NCBI GenBank assembly: GCA_003154195.1
Contig: PMCS01000024.1
Location: 64,028 to 128,027, forward strand
Direction: 5' to 3'
DNA: 64,000 bases
Source of the DNA: Candidatus Omnitrophota bacterium
Lineage (GTDB): Bacteria > Omnitrophota > Gorgyraeia > Duberdicusellales > 4484-171
Below the pieces are notes generated by a model. It was not told the origin of the DNA, ran no database searches, and was given only the letters and a program-made list of their open reading frames with translations. Below, piece after piece: positions 9,679-20,610 of this stretch. The position numbers and the translations under genes were made by a program. Numbering within the stretch: position 1 is the first letter of the stretch; each line of letters starts with the position of its first letter.

Positions 9679-10950
9679 TCAATCCGTAACGCCTGCGCCG
9701 GAAGCGGCGCACGACTCTCCCGCCAGGTAGCCGGTGGAAAATGCTTGCTGTAAATTGTAGCCGCCGGACAGGCCGCGTGGCTCAATCACTTCGCCGACGA
9801 AAAAAATACCCGGAATGATCTTTGATTCCATGGTGCGCGGGTTTATCTCTTTTGAACTGATGCCGCCGGCAGTCACCATCCCCTCGTCAAGAGGAAGGCT
9901 GCCGCTTATCGTAAACGGCAAGGCTTTAAGATTATCCACGATGGCCGAACGTTCCTTTTTGTTTATTTGACCGGATTTTTTTTGCGCGTCGATGTTGAGG
10001 CGCGATAAAAACACCGGCGCCATCCGCTTGGGAACGATGGCCCCGATTAAATTTTTTATCCGCGTATTACCCCGGGAATCAATGGCCACAGTCAATTCTT
10101 TTTCCAATTCTTCTCTTTTTATGTCCGGGCAAAAATCGATTGTTATCTTCACTTCGCTTCGCGTCAGTAATAACGCGGCCACATCGCCGCTGATATCCAA
10201 TACCAGCGGCCCCGACAAACCGAAATGAGTAAACAGGATATCGCCGCAATCGGAAATGTTTTTCTTACCACCGTCATGAATAGTGATCCGCGCGCCGGTA
10301 AAGGAAAGCCCTTGCAGGCAAGCAGCAAAACTATCCCTGGTTTTTAACGGCACCAGCGCCGGTTTAAGTCCGGTTACAGTATGGCCGAATCGTCCGGCGA
10401 TGACGAATCCGTCACCGGTTGAGCCGGTCGCTTTATAGGACCCCCCGCCGGTGGCGATAATTACTTTTTTAGCATAAATCGCGGCGCGGTCGGTAAACCC
10501 AAGTTCAAAAATATTTTCTTTTTTTACCAGCGAAATAACCCGTCGGCCATAAGCGGTTTCCACGCCGCTTTCGCGTAAACATTTTTCCAAAACATCGGTT
10601 ACCGACGCCGCCTTATCGGTTATTGGCAGGACCCGTCCGCGTTCTTCCACCTTCAGCTCCACGCCGCAGCCGCGAAAAAAATCCATCAAATCGTTATTGG
10701 AAAATCGGGAAAATGCTGTGCGGTAGAACTCGCCGTTAGGCTTAAATTTCTTTAGAAACATTTCGATGGAAGCAGTGTTGGTAAGATTACATCGGCCGTT
10801 ACCGGTAAGAAGGATTTTTTTACCCAGCACGCGGTTGCGCTCTACAAGAATAACAATTTTTTTAAGCCGTGCCGCCCTAATCGCCGCCATTGAGCCGGCG
10901 GCTCCGGCGCCGATTACCGCGACATCATAAATCCCGGAAGGTTTATTCAT
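9679..10950 (-). CDS. HI0933/BaiN-like NAD(P)/FAD-dependent flavoprotein
   Basis: N-terminal YDVAVIGAGAAGSMAAIRAA Rossmann motif; about 420 aa, typical of the HI0933 family. Confidence 0.75.
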   Translation of the reverse strand: MNKPSGIYDVAVIGAGAAGSMAAIRAARLKKIVILVERNRVLGKKILLTGNGRCNLTNTASIEMFLKKFKPNGEFYRTAFSRFSNNDLMDFFRGCGVELKVEERGRVLPITDKAASVTDVLEKCLRESGVETAYGRRVISLVKKENIFELGFTDRAAIYAKKVIIATGGGSYKATGSTGDGFVIAGRFGHTVTGLKPALVPLKTRDSFAACLQGLSFTGARITIHDGGKKNISDCGDILFTHFGLSGPLVLDISGDVAALLLTRSEVKITIDFCPDIKREELEKELTVAIDSRGNTRIKNLIGAIVPKRMAPVFLSRLNIDAQKKSGQINKKERSAIVDNLKALPFTISGSLPLDEGMVTAGGISSKEINPRTMESKIIPGIFFVGEVIEPRGLSGGYNLQQAFSTGYLAGESCAASGAGVTD

Positions 10951-11912
10951 TAAAAATACCCCACCCGGTTTTTCCCCTCTCGCTTTGCTTTATACAGGGC
11001 TTTGTCGGCGGTTTCCATCAACATGTCGCTGTAGAGTGTATTCTGCGGGAAAGAAGCGATGCCGACGCTCACGGTTACGCGTAATTTTTCATCAAAAGCT
11101 TTTATTAATTTGCCGGCAATCTTGACGCAAATCCTATCCCCGACGACGATTGCCCCGCCTTTATCGGTATCAAGCAGCACCGCGGCAAACTCTTCGCCGC
11201 CGACCCGGGCCAGAAAATCAATCTCGCGGACGCTTTCTTTGATCAGCGCCGCGGTTTCTTTAAGAACGGCGTCGCCGACCAGGTGGCCATAGGTGTCGTT
11301 GATTTTTTTAAAATCGTCCACATCAATCATTAAAAACGACATATTCAAGTTAAAATTTTTCGCGCGTTCAAACTCTTCGCCGAACCGCAGATCGAAGTAG
11401 CGGCGGTTATAGACTTCAGTCAGGAAATCGTAAATCGCCAGCTGCTGCAGCTTTTCGTAAAGATTTATTTTTTCCACGCAAATGCCGAGCAGCTCGCTGA
11501 GGCGCGGGATATAATCGACGATTTTTTTCGCTTTTGTTTTTATCCACAGGGTTTCCGATGAATTCTTACCCAGTTTTAATTCGTAGACATCGTCCTGGGC
11601 CGGAGCGGGCGGCTCGATCCACTCTGCCTCGCCCAAATATCTTATTTCTCCGATAAAGGCGTCGAAAAGATTTCTGCGGTTGGTAAGCGCGGCTAATCTT
11701 TTTGCCAGGTCGTAAAACAGGAAGTAATCACCGATCTCTTTTTCCAAAAGATTCGCCTTAACGCTAATTACTTCCGCTTCTTCTTCGAGTTCCCGGCGCC
11801 GCGCGCCGAGCTTTTCTCTTCTTTCGCGCAGCTGCGCCCGGAAACGATAGAGCCAGTATGCCTGGCCGGCGATAAAAAATAAGAATAATAGCAGTAGGGT
11901 AATCAAAAACAT
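10950..11912 (-). CDS. membrane-anchored GGDEF-domain diguanylate cyclase
   Basis: N-terminal TM, coiled coil, then a GGDEF domain with RVGGEEFAAVL (GGEEF active site) and a conserved RxxD I-site region. Confidence 0.8.
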   Translation of the reverse strand: MFLITLLLLFLFFIAGQAYWLYRFRAQLRERREKLGARRRELEEEAEVISVKANLLEKEIGDYFLFYDLAKRLAALTNRRNLFDAFIGEIRYLGEAEWIEPPAPAQDDVYELKLGKNSSETLWIKTKAKKIVDYIPRLSELLGICVEKINLYEKLQQLAIYDFLTEVYNRRYFDLRFGEEFERAKNFNLNMSFLMIDVDDFKKINDTYGHLVGDAVLKETAALIKESVREIDFLARVGGEEFAAVLLDTDKGGAIVVGDRICVKIAGKLIKAFDEKLRVTVSVGIASFPQNTLYSDMLMETADKALYKAKREGKNRVGYF

Positions 11913-13204
11913 ATTTTATTTTTACCGGTTGTTTTGGCTTTATACAATAAGCTGTCGGCTTTTTCCACCAGATCCAGTATGTCTGTAGAGTCCTCGGGGT
12001 AAAAAGCGCAGCCGCCGGATATAGCAAACCTGATTTGCTTGCGTCGAAAGCTGATTACCATTTCTTCCACTTCCTTACGGATTTTTTCCGCGACGGAGAT
12101 CGTGTCCTGGCGATCAGTCTCCACCAGCATCAGAAGAAACTCCTCGCCGCCGAAACGACAAGCCATGTTCCCCGGTTGGGCCAGGGTTTTAACGAAAACC
12201 CGGGCCAGTTTCTTCAAAACTAAGTCGCCGACGATATGGCCGTAGGTATCGTTGATATTTTTGAAATCGTCGATATCGATCATAATCAAGCCAACCGCCG
12301 ATTTTTTTATGCGCGCCCGCTTGATCTCGACTTTTAAACGGCCGAGAAAATACTCACGCAGGAACAGCCCCGTCAGGGCGTCTTTCGTCGCCAGCTCTTC
12401 GATGATCTCGAACAATTCCGCTCTTTCCATGACTACCGCGGCCAGATTGCAGATACTGTATAAAAGCCGCGAGCTGCCCACATTGAAGGCGCCGGCAAGC
12501 GTACTTTCCAGGCGTACGATCCCGTATAGCCTTTCACCGATCGAAATGGGAGAAGCGATAAAACAACGGCTGCCGCGTTCCTGGAATGCCGTGACGCTGT
12601 CATAGCCAAAGCGGAAATCCCGGGTAAGATCATCGATCGCGATCGATTGGTTGTGCTTCATCACCCATTTATCGATGACGTCGCCGTATTTTTCTTTAAT
12701 CACAAACTTCTGGTTTTTAAAGGAGCGCGCCAGGCTCAAGGCGCTTTTATTTTTTTGAAAGATAAACAGCATGCCATTGGCGGATTCGGGAAACAATTTG
12801 GCGCAAATATTGATGATATAGTCGTAGATATCTTCACGGCGGGAAAGGGCGATGAATTCATTGGACAGATCGGATAAAAAACAGACTTTTTTCTCTTTTT
12901 CCGGCAGTTCCAGAAGGATTTTCTGGTTAGCGTGGATCGTCTCCGTCAAGATATTTATTTTTTCTTCGTAGTCGTCGATCATGGTTCTTGCTTTCGCGAA
13001 AATTGACAGCCGCGCCCGGTCGAAAATAAACAAAACCGCGCCGGAGAGGCAAAAAAATACAAAAAAAACTATCAATTTTATTTTTTGAAAAAGCGCCAAA
13101 ACAAGGGCGAGAAAAATAAAAACAAAGAGAACTGTGAGGGGGAAAAGATTAAACAACCTTATTTTCGCTGGTCTGGTCGAAAAAATGAGCTTTCCGCATA
13201 TCAA
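11903..13204 (-). CDS. GAF-GGDEF diguanylate cyclase with N-terminal TM segments
   Basis: C-terminal GGDEF domain with RFGGEEFLLML; central GAF-like region; overlaps the downstream GGDEF gene by 10 nt. Confidence 0.8.
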   Translation of the reverse strand: MICGKLIFSTRPAKIRLFNLFPLTVLFVFIFLALVLALFQKIKLIVFFVFFCLSGAVLFIFDRARLSIFAKARTMIDDYEEKINILTETIHANQKILLELPEKEKKVCFLSDLSNEFIALSRREDIYDYIINICAKLFPESANGMLFIFQKNKSALSLARSFKNQKFVIKEKYGDVIDKWVMKHNQSIAIDDLTRDFRFGYDSVTAFQERGSRCFIASPISIGERLYGIVRLESTLAGAFNVGSSRLLYSICNLAAVVMERAELFEIIEELATKDALTGLFLREYFLGRLKVEIKRARIKKSAVGLIMIDIDDFKNINDTYGHIVGDLVLKKLARVFVKTLAQPGNMACRFGGEEFLLMLVETDRQDTISVAEKIRKEVEEMVISFRRKQIRFAISGGCAFYPEDSTDILDLVEKADSLLYKAKTTGKNKICF

Positions 13205-14255
13205 AAACCATTTCTACCATGCTTCCGACCGTAGGCTTATTCCCGGCTTCCACTACAGCGACAAAAGTGTGTTTGTTTGTGGAAAGATAAAGATAGTTTT
13301 CCGAACCCATCGTTTCGATTACGTCACACATTACAATAACGGTATTACCCGATGAGGCGTTGGAAGCAAAAAGCCGGTCGTAGACATCTTCGGCGCGCAG
13401 GCCGAACGTTATCGGTTTTTCGATGTAGGGGCTAAGCGCGTCATACATTTCCTCTAATATTCTGACTTTAAGGCTTCCTTCGTCAAAATAAAGGGCGCCG
13501 TCTTTTTTAATAATTTTCCCTTCCATGAAATTCATCGGCGGGGTCCCGATGAAACCGCCGACAAATTTATTCACGGGATTATCATAGACGTTTAAAGGGG
13601 TATCGAACTGCAAAACCTTGCCGTCTCTCATCACGGCGATACGGTCGCCCAAAGTCATCGCTTCGGTTTGGTCGTGAGTAACGTAAATCATGGTCGCCTG
13701 GATCTTTAAGTGGAGCTTATGTATTTCCGTGCGCATCTGAACGCGCATTTTTGCGTCAAGGTTGCTTAAAGGTTCGTCGAAAAGAAAAACGAGGGGTTTA
13801 CGCACAATCGCTCTTCCTACCGCCACCCTTTGGCGCTCGCCGCCCGATAATTCCTTCGGCCGCCTCTCCAGAAGCCTGGTTATACCTAAAATTTGGGCCG
13901 CTTCGGTAACGCGCTTTTTTACGTCGCTTTTAGCGTAATGGCGTAATTTCAACGCGAAGGCCATATTTTCATAAGCGGTCATATGGGGATAGAGAGCGTA
14001 GTTTTGAAAAACCATCGCGATATTCCTGTCTTTGGCCGGTACGTCATTTACCAGCCGATCGCCGATGTAGATTTCCCCGCTGGTAGGAAACTCGAGGCCG
14101 GCGATCATGCGCAGGGTAGTAGATTTACCGCATCCCGAAGGCCCCAGCAGCACCACCAGCTCTTTATTCTCGATGCCGATGCTTATATTGTTGACTGCCG
14201 CCGATTCCCCTTTGCTATAAATTTTCGTTATCTCTTTCAGGCTTACTTGTGCCAT
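13149..14255 (-). CDS. ABC transporter ATP-binding protein, MalK/UgpC-like, with C-terminal regulatory/TOBE-like domain
   Basis: Walker A LLGPSGCGKST, ABC signature LSGGERQRVAVGRAI, Walker B LFLFDEPLSNLD; 368 aa. Confidence 0.8.
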   Translation of the reverse strand: MAQVSLKEITKIYSKGESAAVNNISIGIENKELVVLLGPSGCGKSTTLRMIAGLEFPTSGEIYIGDRLVNDVPAKDRNIAMVFQNYALYPHMTAYENMAFALKLRHYAKSDVKKRVTEAAQILGITRLLERRPKELSGGERQRVAVGRAIVRKPLVFLFDEPLSNLDAKMRVQMRTEIHKLHLKIQATMIYVTHDQTEAMTLGDRIAVMRDGKVLQFDTPLNVYDNPVNKFVGGFIGTPPMNFMEGKIIKKDGALYFDEGSLKVRILEEMYDALSPYIEKPITFGLRAEDVYDRLFASNASSGNTVIVMCDVIETMGSENYLYLSTNKHTFVAVVEAGNKPTVGSMVEMVFDMRKAHFFDQTSENKVV

Positions 14256-14331
14256 AATTAATTAATTGTAATATTAACTACCTTACTGTCAAGAGAATTC
14301 CTATTATTTTTTCTAAAAAGAGGGAAGACGG

Positions 14332-15228
14332 TTATACGTCATTTGATTTAGCCGGGTTCCCGGCGCCGTTTTTTACGTTATGTGCCGACGTTAAATAATC
14401 AAGCAAAGCCGCCAGGCGCGCTTTTAAATCTTTGCGGTGAATTATCATATCAATCAGGCCGTGCTTTAAACTAAACTCGGAAGTTTGGAAATCATCGGGT
14501 AAATCCTGTTTAATCGTCTGCTTGATGACCCGGGGGCCGGCAAAACCGATTAACGCTCCCGGTTCAGCGATAATAATATCCCCCAGCCCGGCGAAAGAAG
14601 CCATAACGCCGCCCATGGTGGGGTTAGTAAGTACGGAAATAAACGGTATATTTTCTTCTTTAAGAAGGTTGACCGCGGCGCAGGTCTTGGCCATTTGCAT
14701 CAAGCTGAGCATGCCTTCGTACATCCTAGCGCCGCCGCCGGAACCCGAGACGATAACCAGCGGTACGCGTTTATTCAGAGCGGTTTCGGCAAGACGAGTA
14801 ATTTTTTCTCCCACTACCGAGCCCATCGAGCCCATAATAAAACGGGAGTCGGTAACGCCCAGCGCTACGGATTTATTGTTTATCTTCGCCTCGCCTACGA
14901 TCGCCGCTTCCTTAAGCGCCGTATCCTTCATGTCTTTGCTCAATTTGGCTTTGTATGACTTGGGGCCGCAAAAATTAAGAGGGTCTAATGATTCGAGATT
15001 CTGATGGATTTCGACAAAACTGGCCTCGTCCACGAGCAGTTTTATTCGTTCGGGAGCGGTAAGGTCGAAGTGATAATTGCATTTTGGGCAAATCTTTGAA
15101 TTTTCCAGTAAAATCTTTTTAAAGGTCAGATGGGAACACTTCGGGCATTTTTCCCAGAGATTATCCGGCATCTCCTTCTTTTTACGTTTGGCAATCGTGT
15201 ATTGAATGGGCTTGCTGAAGATTCTCAC
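14332..15228 (-). CDS. accD: acetyl-CoA carboxylase carboxyltransferase beta subunit
   Basis: N-terminal Zn ribbon CPKCSHLTF...CPKCNYHF plus a carboxyltransferase domain strongly similar to E. coli AccD (MGSMGSVVGEKI, SGGARMYEGMLSLMQMAKT). Confidence 0.9.
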   Translation of the reverse strand: MRIFSKPIQYTIAKRKKKEMPDNLWEKCPKCSHLTFKKILLENSKICPKCNYHFDLTAPERIKLLVDEASFVEIHQNLESLDPLNFCGPKSYKAKLSKDMKDTALKEAAIVGEAKINNKSVALGVTDSRFIMGSMGSVVGEKITRLAETALNKRVPLVIVSGSGGGARMYEGMLSLMQMAKTCAAVNLLKEENIPFISVLTNPTMGGVMASFAGLGDIIIAEPGALIGFAGPRVIKQTIKQDLPDDFQTSEFSLKHGLIDMIIHRKDLKARLAALLDYLTSAHNVKNGAGNPAKSNDV

Positions 15229-16430
15229 GTTCTAAATCTCCTCAGGATAATGCCGCTGAAAACTTTCGGTTGAAAATAGGTAGATTTTTGAGGAAAACGG
15301 TATCCTTTATCGGCGATTTCAAAGATTGTCGCCAGCGATACCGGTTTTAAAATAAACGCGAATTTATCCGCTCCGGATATCTTTTTTGCTTCCCTGATGC
15401 TGTGCGTATATTGGATTTCGCCTTCGCCGGACAGCAGGGGCAAAACAAATTGATGCAAAAGAAATGTATCGAGTTTTTTGTACGCCGGGTCGGCATCTAT
15501 TTTATCAGTAAACGAACGTTTTTTCAACTTAAGGAAATAAAATTTTTTATGATGATAAAGCGCGAACTCGAAATTATTATTCTTATGTTTCAGCGCATTA
15601 TTTAACCGGCCTTCGCTTATTTCTGCCGTAGAGAAATATTCGCCTAAGCTTTCCAGAATTTGCGCGCCGGTTGCCCTCATTTTGATTACGCGATGCGTGG
15701 GTAAGATCACCAGTCCCGGTTGGGCGTCCGTGACATAGGCTAAAACGTAGTTCAGGTCGCCGAATTTATTTTTATTGCGTTTATAATAATCATTGGCGAC
15801 TTCAAAACGGTGATGCCCATCGGCAATAACCAGGTTTGATTTTTCAATTGCCGCGCGTATTTTTTTAATTTCACCATGCTCCTGGATTTTCCATAGAATG
15901 TTTGCATTTCCGTCGCAGTCACGAAATTTAAAAAATGGTTTCTTTTTCGAATACTTTGTATAAGCATAGCGCAGCGCCTTCACCGGTTTGGGCACAATTA
16001 CAAAAATCGGGTCTAAGTTTGCCTTAACGGTTTCGATTATCCGTTTTCTATCCTGCTTGGGTTTAGTTAAGGTATGTTCATGAGGGAAAATACTGCTTTT
16101 CATTTCCAGCAATGACAATAGCCCAAAACGCCGGTAGGTTTTTTTGTCGCAGGTAAACTTCTGTTCATAAAGATAGAAGCTTTCTTTATCGTCGTCGATG
16201 AGAATTTTCTCCCGAAGCCAGTTGTCAAATCTTTTCCCGACGGTTTTATAATCGCCGCGATCCGCAAGGATGATATTGGTAAAATTATAGGGTGATTTTT
16301 TCCGTAACATCGCCAGCTTCGCCGGGTTGATCACATCATAAGGGGGGCAGGAAACATTTGACAGGCTTTTAAACTTTGACGGATTATAGTAAGTCCCCCT
16401 GAAAGGTTTTATTCGCGTGGTTATTTTCAT
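15225..16430 (-). CDS. DUF1015 family protein
   Basis: About 400 aa with the conserved IADGHHRFEVA motif of DUF1015. Confidence 0.55.
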   Translation of the reverse strand: MKITTRIKPFRGTYYNPSKFKSLSNVSCPPYDVINPAKLAMLRKKSPYNFTNIILADRGDYKTVGKRFDNWLREKILIDDDKESFYLYEQKFTCDKKTYRRFGLLSLLEMKSSIFPHEHTLTKPKQDRKRIIETVKANLDPIFVIVPKPVKALRYAYTKYSKKKPFFKFRDCDGNANILWKIQEHGEIKKIRAAIEKSNLVIADGHHRFEVANDYYKRNKNKFGDLNYVLAYVTDAQPGLVILPTHRVIKMRATGAQILESLGEYFSTAEISEGRLNNALKHKNNNFEFALYHHKKFYFLKLKKRSFTDKIDADPAYKKLDTFLLHQFVLPLLSGEGEIQYTHSIREAKKISGADKFAFILKPVSLATIFEIADKGYRFPQKSTYFQPKVFSGIILRRFRT

Positions 16431-16466
16431 ATTCTTCCTTTATGCCGCAGGCCGATAGCGGAAAAC

Positions 16467-16772
16467 TCACTCCTGGTTTTTAGCCTTCGCGCTGCCGGGC
16501 GCCGGGTTATCTTTTGAGCTTTTTGCCGGCGGCGCGGGGTTTTCTTTTGCGCCTTCTTTTTTGGGCGCGGGCGTCGACGGAACGCTGTTTTTCTTTTTGT
16601 AATCAGTGATATAAAATCCGCTGCCCTTAAAGATCAGGCCGCTTCCCGCGCTGATCAATTTTTTTAAAACGCCTTTGCATTTAGGGCATTCGGCCAGGGG
16701 CTTGTCGCTGATTCCATGGAAAGCCTCAAAAAGATATCCGCATTTTTGACATTCATAGTCATAGGTAGGCAT
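16467..16772 (-). CDS. FmdB-family zinc-ribbon protein
   Basis: MPTYDYECQKCGYLFEAF...CPKCKG, the canonical FmdB CxxC...CxxC ribbon; low-complexity Lys/Pro/Ala tail. Confidence 0.7.
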   Translation of the reverse strand: MPTYDYECQKCGYLFEAFHGISDKPLAECPKCKGVLKKLISAGSGLIFKGSGFYITDYKKKNSVPSTPAPKKEGAKENPAPPAKSSKDNPAPGSAKAKNQE

Positions 16773-16798
16773 TGTCCACCTTCCCTTCGATTCGCACT

Positions 16799-17182
16799 CT
16801 AATCTTTATTATCCTGTTCCTTATTAATCTTTTCTATCAAGCTATAGATGTATTGCCTTTCTTCGGAAATAATATTATCAAATTGTATCCCGGTGTCAAA
16901 TTTTACGGTCTGGGTGTTGATATCCGTTTGTTGGGACACCCAGATCACATAGCCGTTACATTTTATCGTATGATTCGGCTCGCAAAATATTTCCATTTTT
17001 ACCGGGGTACCGGTCTTAAACTCGCTGCCTAAACGAACGCGTATGCCGCCCGGCCCGATATTGATGGTTTCCGCGCTGACCGCGTTTGTGGAATAAGAAA
17101 TATACAAATTGCAGTGAAATTGTACGCGTGAAAACCGCCGCCTTTCTTTGCCGCCCCAGGAAACATCAGGCGTATCTGCCAT
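16799..17182 (-). CDS. PilZ-domain (c-di-GMP-binding) protein
   Basis: RRRFSRV (RxxxR) and NIGPGGIRV (DxSxGG-like) PilZ signature motifs; 127 aa. Confidence 0.65.
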   Translation of the reverse strand: MADTPDVSWGGKERRRFSRVQFHCNLYISYSTNAVSAETINIGPGGIRVRLGSEFKTGTPVKMEIFCEPNHTIKCNGYVIWVSQQTDINTQTVKFDTGIQFDNIISEERQYIYSLIEKINKEQDNKD

Positions 17183-17313
17183 ACGACACCGTATTTTTTA
17201 GGAAAACGGGACGCGCCTGCTTAACGGCCCGCTTCGAGCCGCGTCAAGTGAGGAAATCCCTCATCACCTGAGAATCAAGACGAACAAGCATATATTTTTC
17301 CGGTTAATCAGGA

Positions 17314-18426
17314 CTATACTATTTTTTCCCCGCGTATCTTCGCTACTTCCAACAGCAGATTGCGTTCTTTCCCCGATATCCTTTCGGGGATTTCTACGGC
17401 GATTTCTACCAACAGGTCGCCCGGCCGTTTAGTCTGCAGACCCGTCATGCCTTTGCCTTTGAGACGAAAAATCGCGCTAGGCTGAACCCCGGCCGGTATC
17501 TTCATTTTCACGTGGCCATCCAAAGTGGGTACGTCGATTTCTGTCCCCAGGATAGCCTGCATGGCGCCGATTTTCATTTTAGAACGCAGATCGTCGCCAT
17601 CGCGCGTAAATGAATTATGGGGCCTGACTGTTACATGCAGGTACAGGTCGCCTCCGGCGCCCGCGGAAAAATTGCCTTCCTGGCGCAAACGCAACACCGA
17701 GCCGGTTTCTACGCCGGCGGGGATATTGACTTTTATGGTTTTACGGTTTTTCACTCTTCCTTCGCCGCCGCATTTCACGCAGTGGTGTTTGATTACTGCG
17801 CCTTCCCCTTTGCAATCAGGGCAGGTTTGGGCAAAACTGATAAACCCCATGGCATTAGTGACCATGCCCCTGCCCCGGCATGTCCGGCATGTTTCTTTAC
17901 CCGATCCCGGTTGTGCCCCGCTGCCCTGGCATTGAGGACAAGCTTCGTAATGGTTAAAAGAAAATTCTTTCTCAATACCTCGATACGCTTCTTCCAGGCC
18001 GATAGGAACTTCTACGTTAATATCTTCCCCGCCGCGCGATTTTCTTCGCGACGAACGCCCGCCGCCAAAAACGTCAAAGCCTAAGTCGGCGAATAAATCT
18101 TCGAAAATACCACCACCGCCGGCGCCGCCCATACCGCGAAAGATATCGCCGAAATCCGCGCTGCGGAAAATATCTTCCGTGGAATAACGCGAATCAATAC
18201 CGGAATGGCCGTATTGGTCATAGAGGGATTTTTTCTTTTCGTCGCTCAAAACGGCATAAGCTTCGGAAATTTCCTTGAATTTTTCTTCGGCTTGTTTTTT
18301 CTGGCTTGCCTCAACGCGGTCGGGGTGAAATTTCATAACCAGCTGCCGGTAAGCTTTTTTGACTTCTTCTACGGAAGCTCCTTTCGACAGCCCCAATATT
18401 TCATAATAATCACGGTTGGTTGTCAT
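17314..18426 (-). CDS. dnaJ: chaperone DnaJ (J domain, G/F region, CxxCxGxG zinc fingers, C-terminal domain)
   Basis: YYEILGLSKGAS...HPDR J domain; four CxxCxGxG repeats. Confidence 0.95.
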   Translation of the reverse strand: MTTNRDYYEILGLSKGASVEEVKKAYRQLVMKFHPDRVEASQKKQAEEKFKEISEAYAVLSDEKKKSLYDQYGHSGIDSRYSTEDIFRSADFGDIFRGMGGAGGGGIFEDLFADLGFDVFGGGRSSRRKSRGGEDINVEVPIGLEEAYRGIEKEFSFNHYEACPQCQGSGAQPGSGKETCRTCRGRGMVTNAMGFISFAQTCPDCKGEGAVIKHHCVKCGGEGRVKNRKTIKVNIPAGVETGSVLRLRQEGNFSAGAGGDLYLHVTVRPHNSFTRDGDDLRSKMKIGAMQAILGTEIDVPTLDGHVKMKIPAGVQPSAIFRLKGKGMTGLQTKRPGDLLVEIAVEIPERISGKERNLLLEVAKIRGEKIV

Positions 18427-18586
18427 AAAATCTGAAATGTATATGATAAAACCGTGAAGCTTTTACCACCAAGGCACTAAGCCCACAAAGAAAAGATTAA
18501 TTTTTTAAATATTCTTAATGTTCTTTGTGTCTTGGTGGTAAATTTTAGGTTTTATTTATCCTTATAGTTTGCAATCCCGGTGACGT

Positions 18587-20500
18587 TTATTTCTCTTCTT
18601 TAAAATCCGCGTCAATCACGTCGTCTTTTTTATTTCCGTCGGGTTCTTCGCTTTGCTGCGGCTTTTCCGGCCCGGGCTGCTGCGCCCCGGCTCCGGCTCC
18701 TGCCCCGCCGCCGGCGGCCTGCTGTTTTGCCGCCGCCTGTTTATAAATTTCTTCGGCTAATTTATGCGATACCTTGGTTACTTCATCCATGCCTTTTTTG
18801 ATACGGTCGATATTTTTGTCTTTTACTGCCTGTTTTAAATCGTTAAGCGTCGATTCGATATTCGCACGTTCCTGCTGGGAAACTTTATCGCCGTAGTCCT
18901 TGAGCGATTTTTCCGTGGCATAGGTCAGCGTGTCGGCCTGGTTGATCACTTCGACTTCTTCTTTACGTTTGGTGTCTTCCCCGGCAAACTTTTCCGCTTC
19001 CTTGACCATTTTTTCGATTTCTTCTTTAGAGAGCTTTTTAGGAGCGGTTATGCGAATTGATTGCTCCTTGCCTGTCCCCAAGTCTTTTGCCGACACATGG
19101 ACGATGCCGTTGGCATCGATGTCAAAACTTACCTCGATTTGCGGCACGCCCCGGGGCGCCGGCGGTATTCCCACTAAATCAAACCGGCCCAATTCGACGT
19201 TTCCTTCGGCGTCGGCGATAGAACGTTCGCCCTGGATAACGCGTATCGTCACGGCATTCTGGTTGTCTGCGGCCGTCGAGAAGACCTGGCTTTTCTTTGT
19301 AGGAATAGTAGTATTACGGTCAATCAACTTCGTATTTACACCGCCCAGAGTTTCCAACCCCAGAGAAAGGGGGGTTACGTCTAAAAGCAATACATCTTTT
19401 GTCTCGCCGGTAATAATCGACGCCTGGATTGCCGCCCCCAGCGCCACGCATTCCATCGGATCAACCCCGCGTTCGATTTTTTTACCGACATAATCCTCAA
19501 GAAATTTCTGCACAATCGGCATACGGGTCGGGCCGCCGACCATAATGATGCGGTCGACGTCTTTCGCCGACAGCTTGGCGTCGGCCAGCGCCCCTTCCAT
19601 CGGTTTACGACAGCGGTCGATGATCGGCGCTACCAACTCTTCTAATTTTGCCCGGGTAATCGGCATCGCCATATGTTTGGGGCCGGTCGCGTCGGCCGTG
19701 ATGAACGGTAGATTAATATCAGTGCTGAGAGTGCTGGAAAGTTCTACTTTTGCTTTTTCCGCGGCTTCGCGCAAGCGTTGCACGGCCATACTGTCTTTGC
19801 TTAAGTCGATTCCGGTTTCTTTTTTAAACTGGTTGACGATATAACTGATCAGCGTATTGTCCATGTCGGTCCCGCCCAGCTGGGTGTCGCCGTTAGTGGA
19901 AAGAACCTTAAAGCCGCCCTCCGCCCACATTTCCATGATGGTAACATCAAGCGTTCCGCCGCCCAGGTCAAAAACCATGATTTTGAGTTCTTTGCCGACT
20001 TTGTCCAGGCCGTAAGCAAGACAGGCGGCGGTCGGTTCATTGATTATGCGCAATACTTTTAAGCCGGATATTTCTCCGGCGTCCTTGGTCGCCTGGCGCT
20101 GGTTGTCGTTAAAATACGCCGGGCAAGTGATGACCACTTCTTCCACCTTGTCGCCCAGGTAACTTTCCGCGTCCTGTTTGATTTTTTGCAGGATAAACGC
20201 GGAAATCTGCTGCGGCGTGTATTCCTTGCCATAAATTTTAAATTTATGGTCGGTTCCCATTTTGCGCTTGGCGGCATAAACAGTTCCGTCAGGGTTTATC
20301 GCCGCCTGGCGGCGCGCCGGCTCCCCGACTAATTTCTGCCCGTCCTTAGTAAAAGCGACAAAGGAAGGAAATGCTTTACCGCTGGCTACGCCCGCTCCTT
20401 CCGCCGAAGGAAGGATAACCGGCCTACCTGCTTCCATCACTGCCGCCGCCGAATTTGACGTTCCTAAATCGATACCGATTACTTTCGCCATATCAATCAA
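18587..20500 (-). CDS. dnaK: Hsp70 chaperone DnaK
   Basis: [22 protein letters not shown] and other Hsp70 signatures; 637 aa; GGGAGAG C-terminal tail. Confidence 0.97.
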   Translation of the reverse strand: MIDMAKVIGIDLGTSNSAAAVMEAGRPVILPSAEGAGVASGKAFPSFVAFTKDGQKLVGEPARRQAAINPDGTVYAAKRKMGTDHKFKIYGKEYTPQQISAFILQKIKQDAESYLGDKVEEVVITCPAYFNDNQRQATKDAGEISGLKVLRIINEPTAACLAYGLDKVGKELKIMVFDLGGGTLDVTIMEMWAEGGFKVLSTNGDTQLGGTDMDNTLISYIVNQFKKETGIDLSKDSMAVQRLREAAEKAKVELSSTLSTDINLPFITADATGPKHMAMPITRAKLEELVAPIIDRCRKPMEGALADAKLSAKDVDRIIMVGGPTRMPIVQKFLEDYVGKKIERGVDPMECVALGAAIQASIITGETKDVLLLDVTPLSLGLETLGGVNTKLIDRNTTIPTKKSQVFSTAADNQNAVTIRVIQGERSIADAEGNVELGRFDLVGIPPAPRGVPQIEVSFDIDANGIVHVSAKDLGTGKEQSIRITAPKKLSKEEIEKMVKEAEKFAGEDTKRKEEVEVINQADTLTYATEKSLKDYGDKVSQQERANIESTLNDLKQAVKDKNIDRIKKGMDEVTKVSHKLAEEIYKQAAAKQQAAGGGAGAGAGAQQPGPEKPQQSEEPDGNKKDDVIDADFKEEK

Positions 20501-20610
20501 CCTCCCTTAATTTTTCCCGCCTTTGCGGGAAAAATTAACCCTGAGGCCGTAAGGCCGAAGGGTCTTATAAATATAGACTGCGTTTGAATACAAATATTCA
20601 AATCCGTGTT

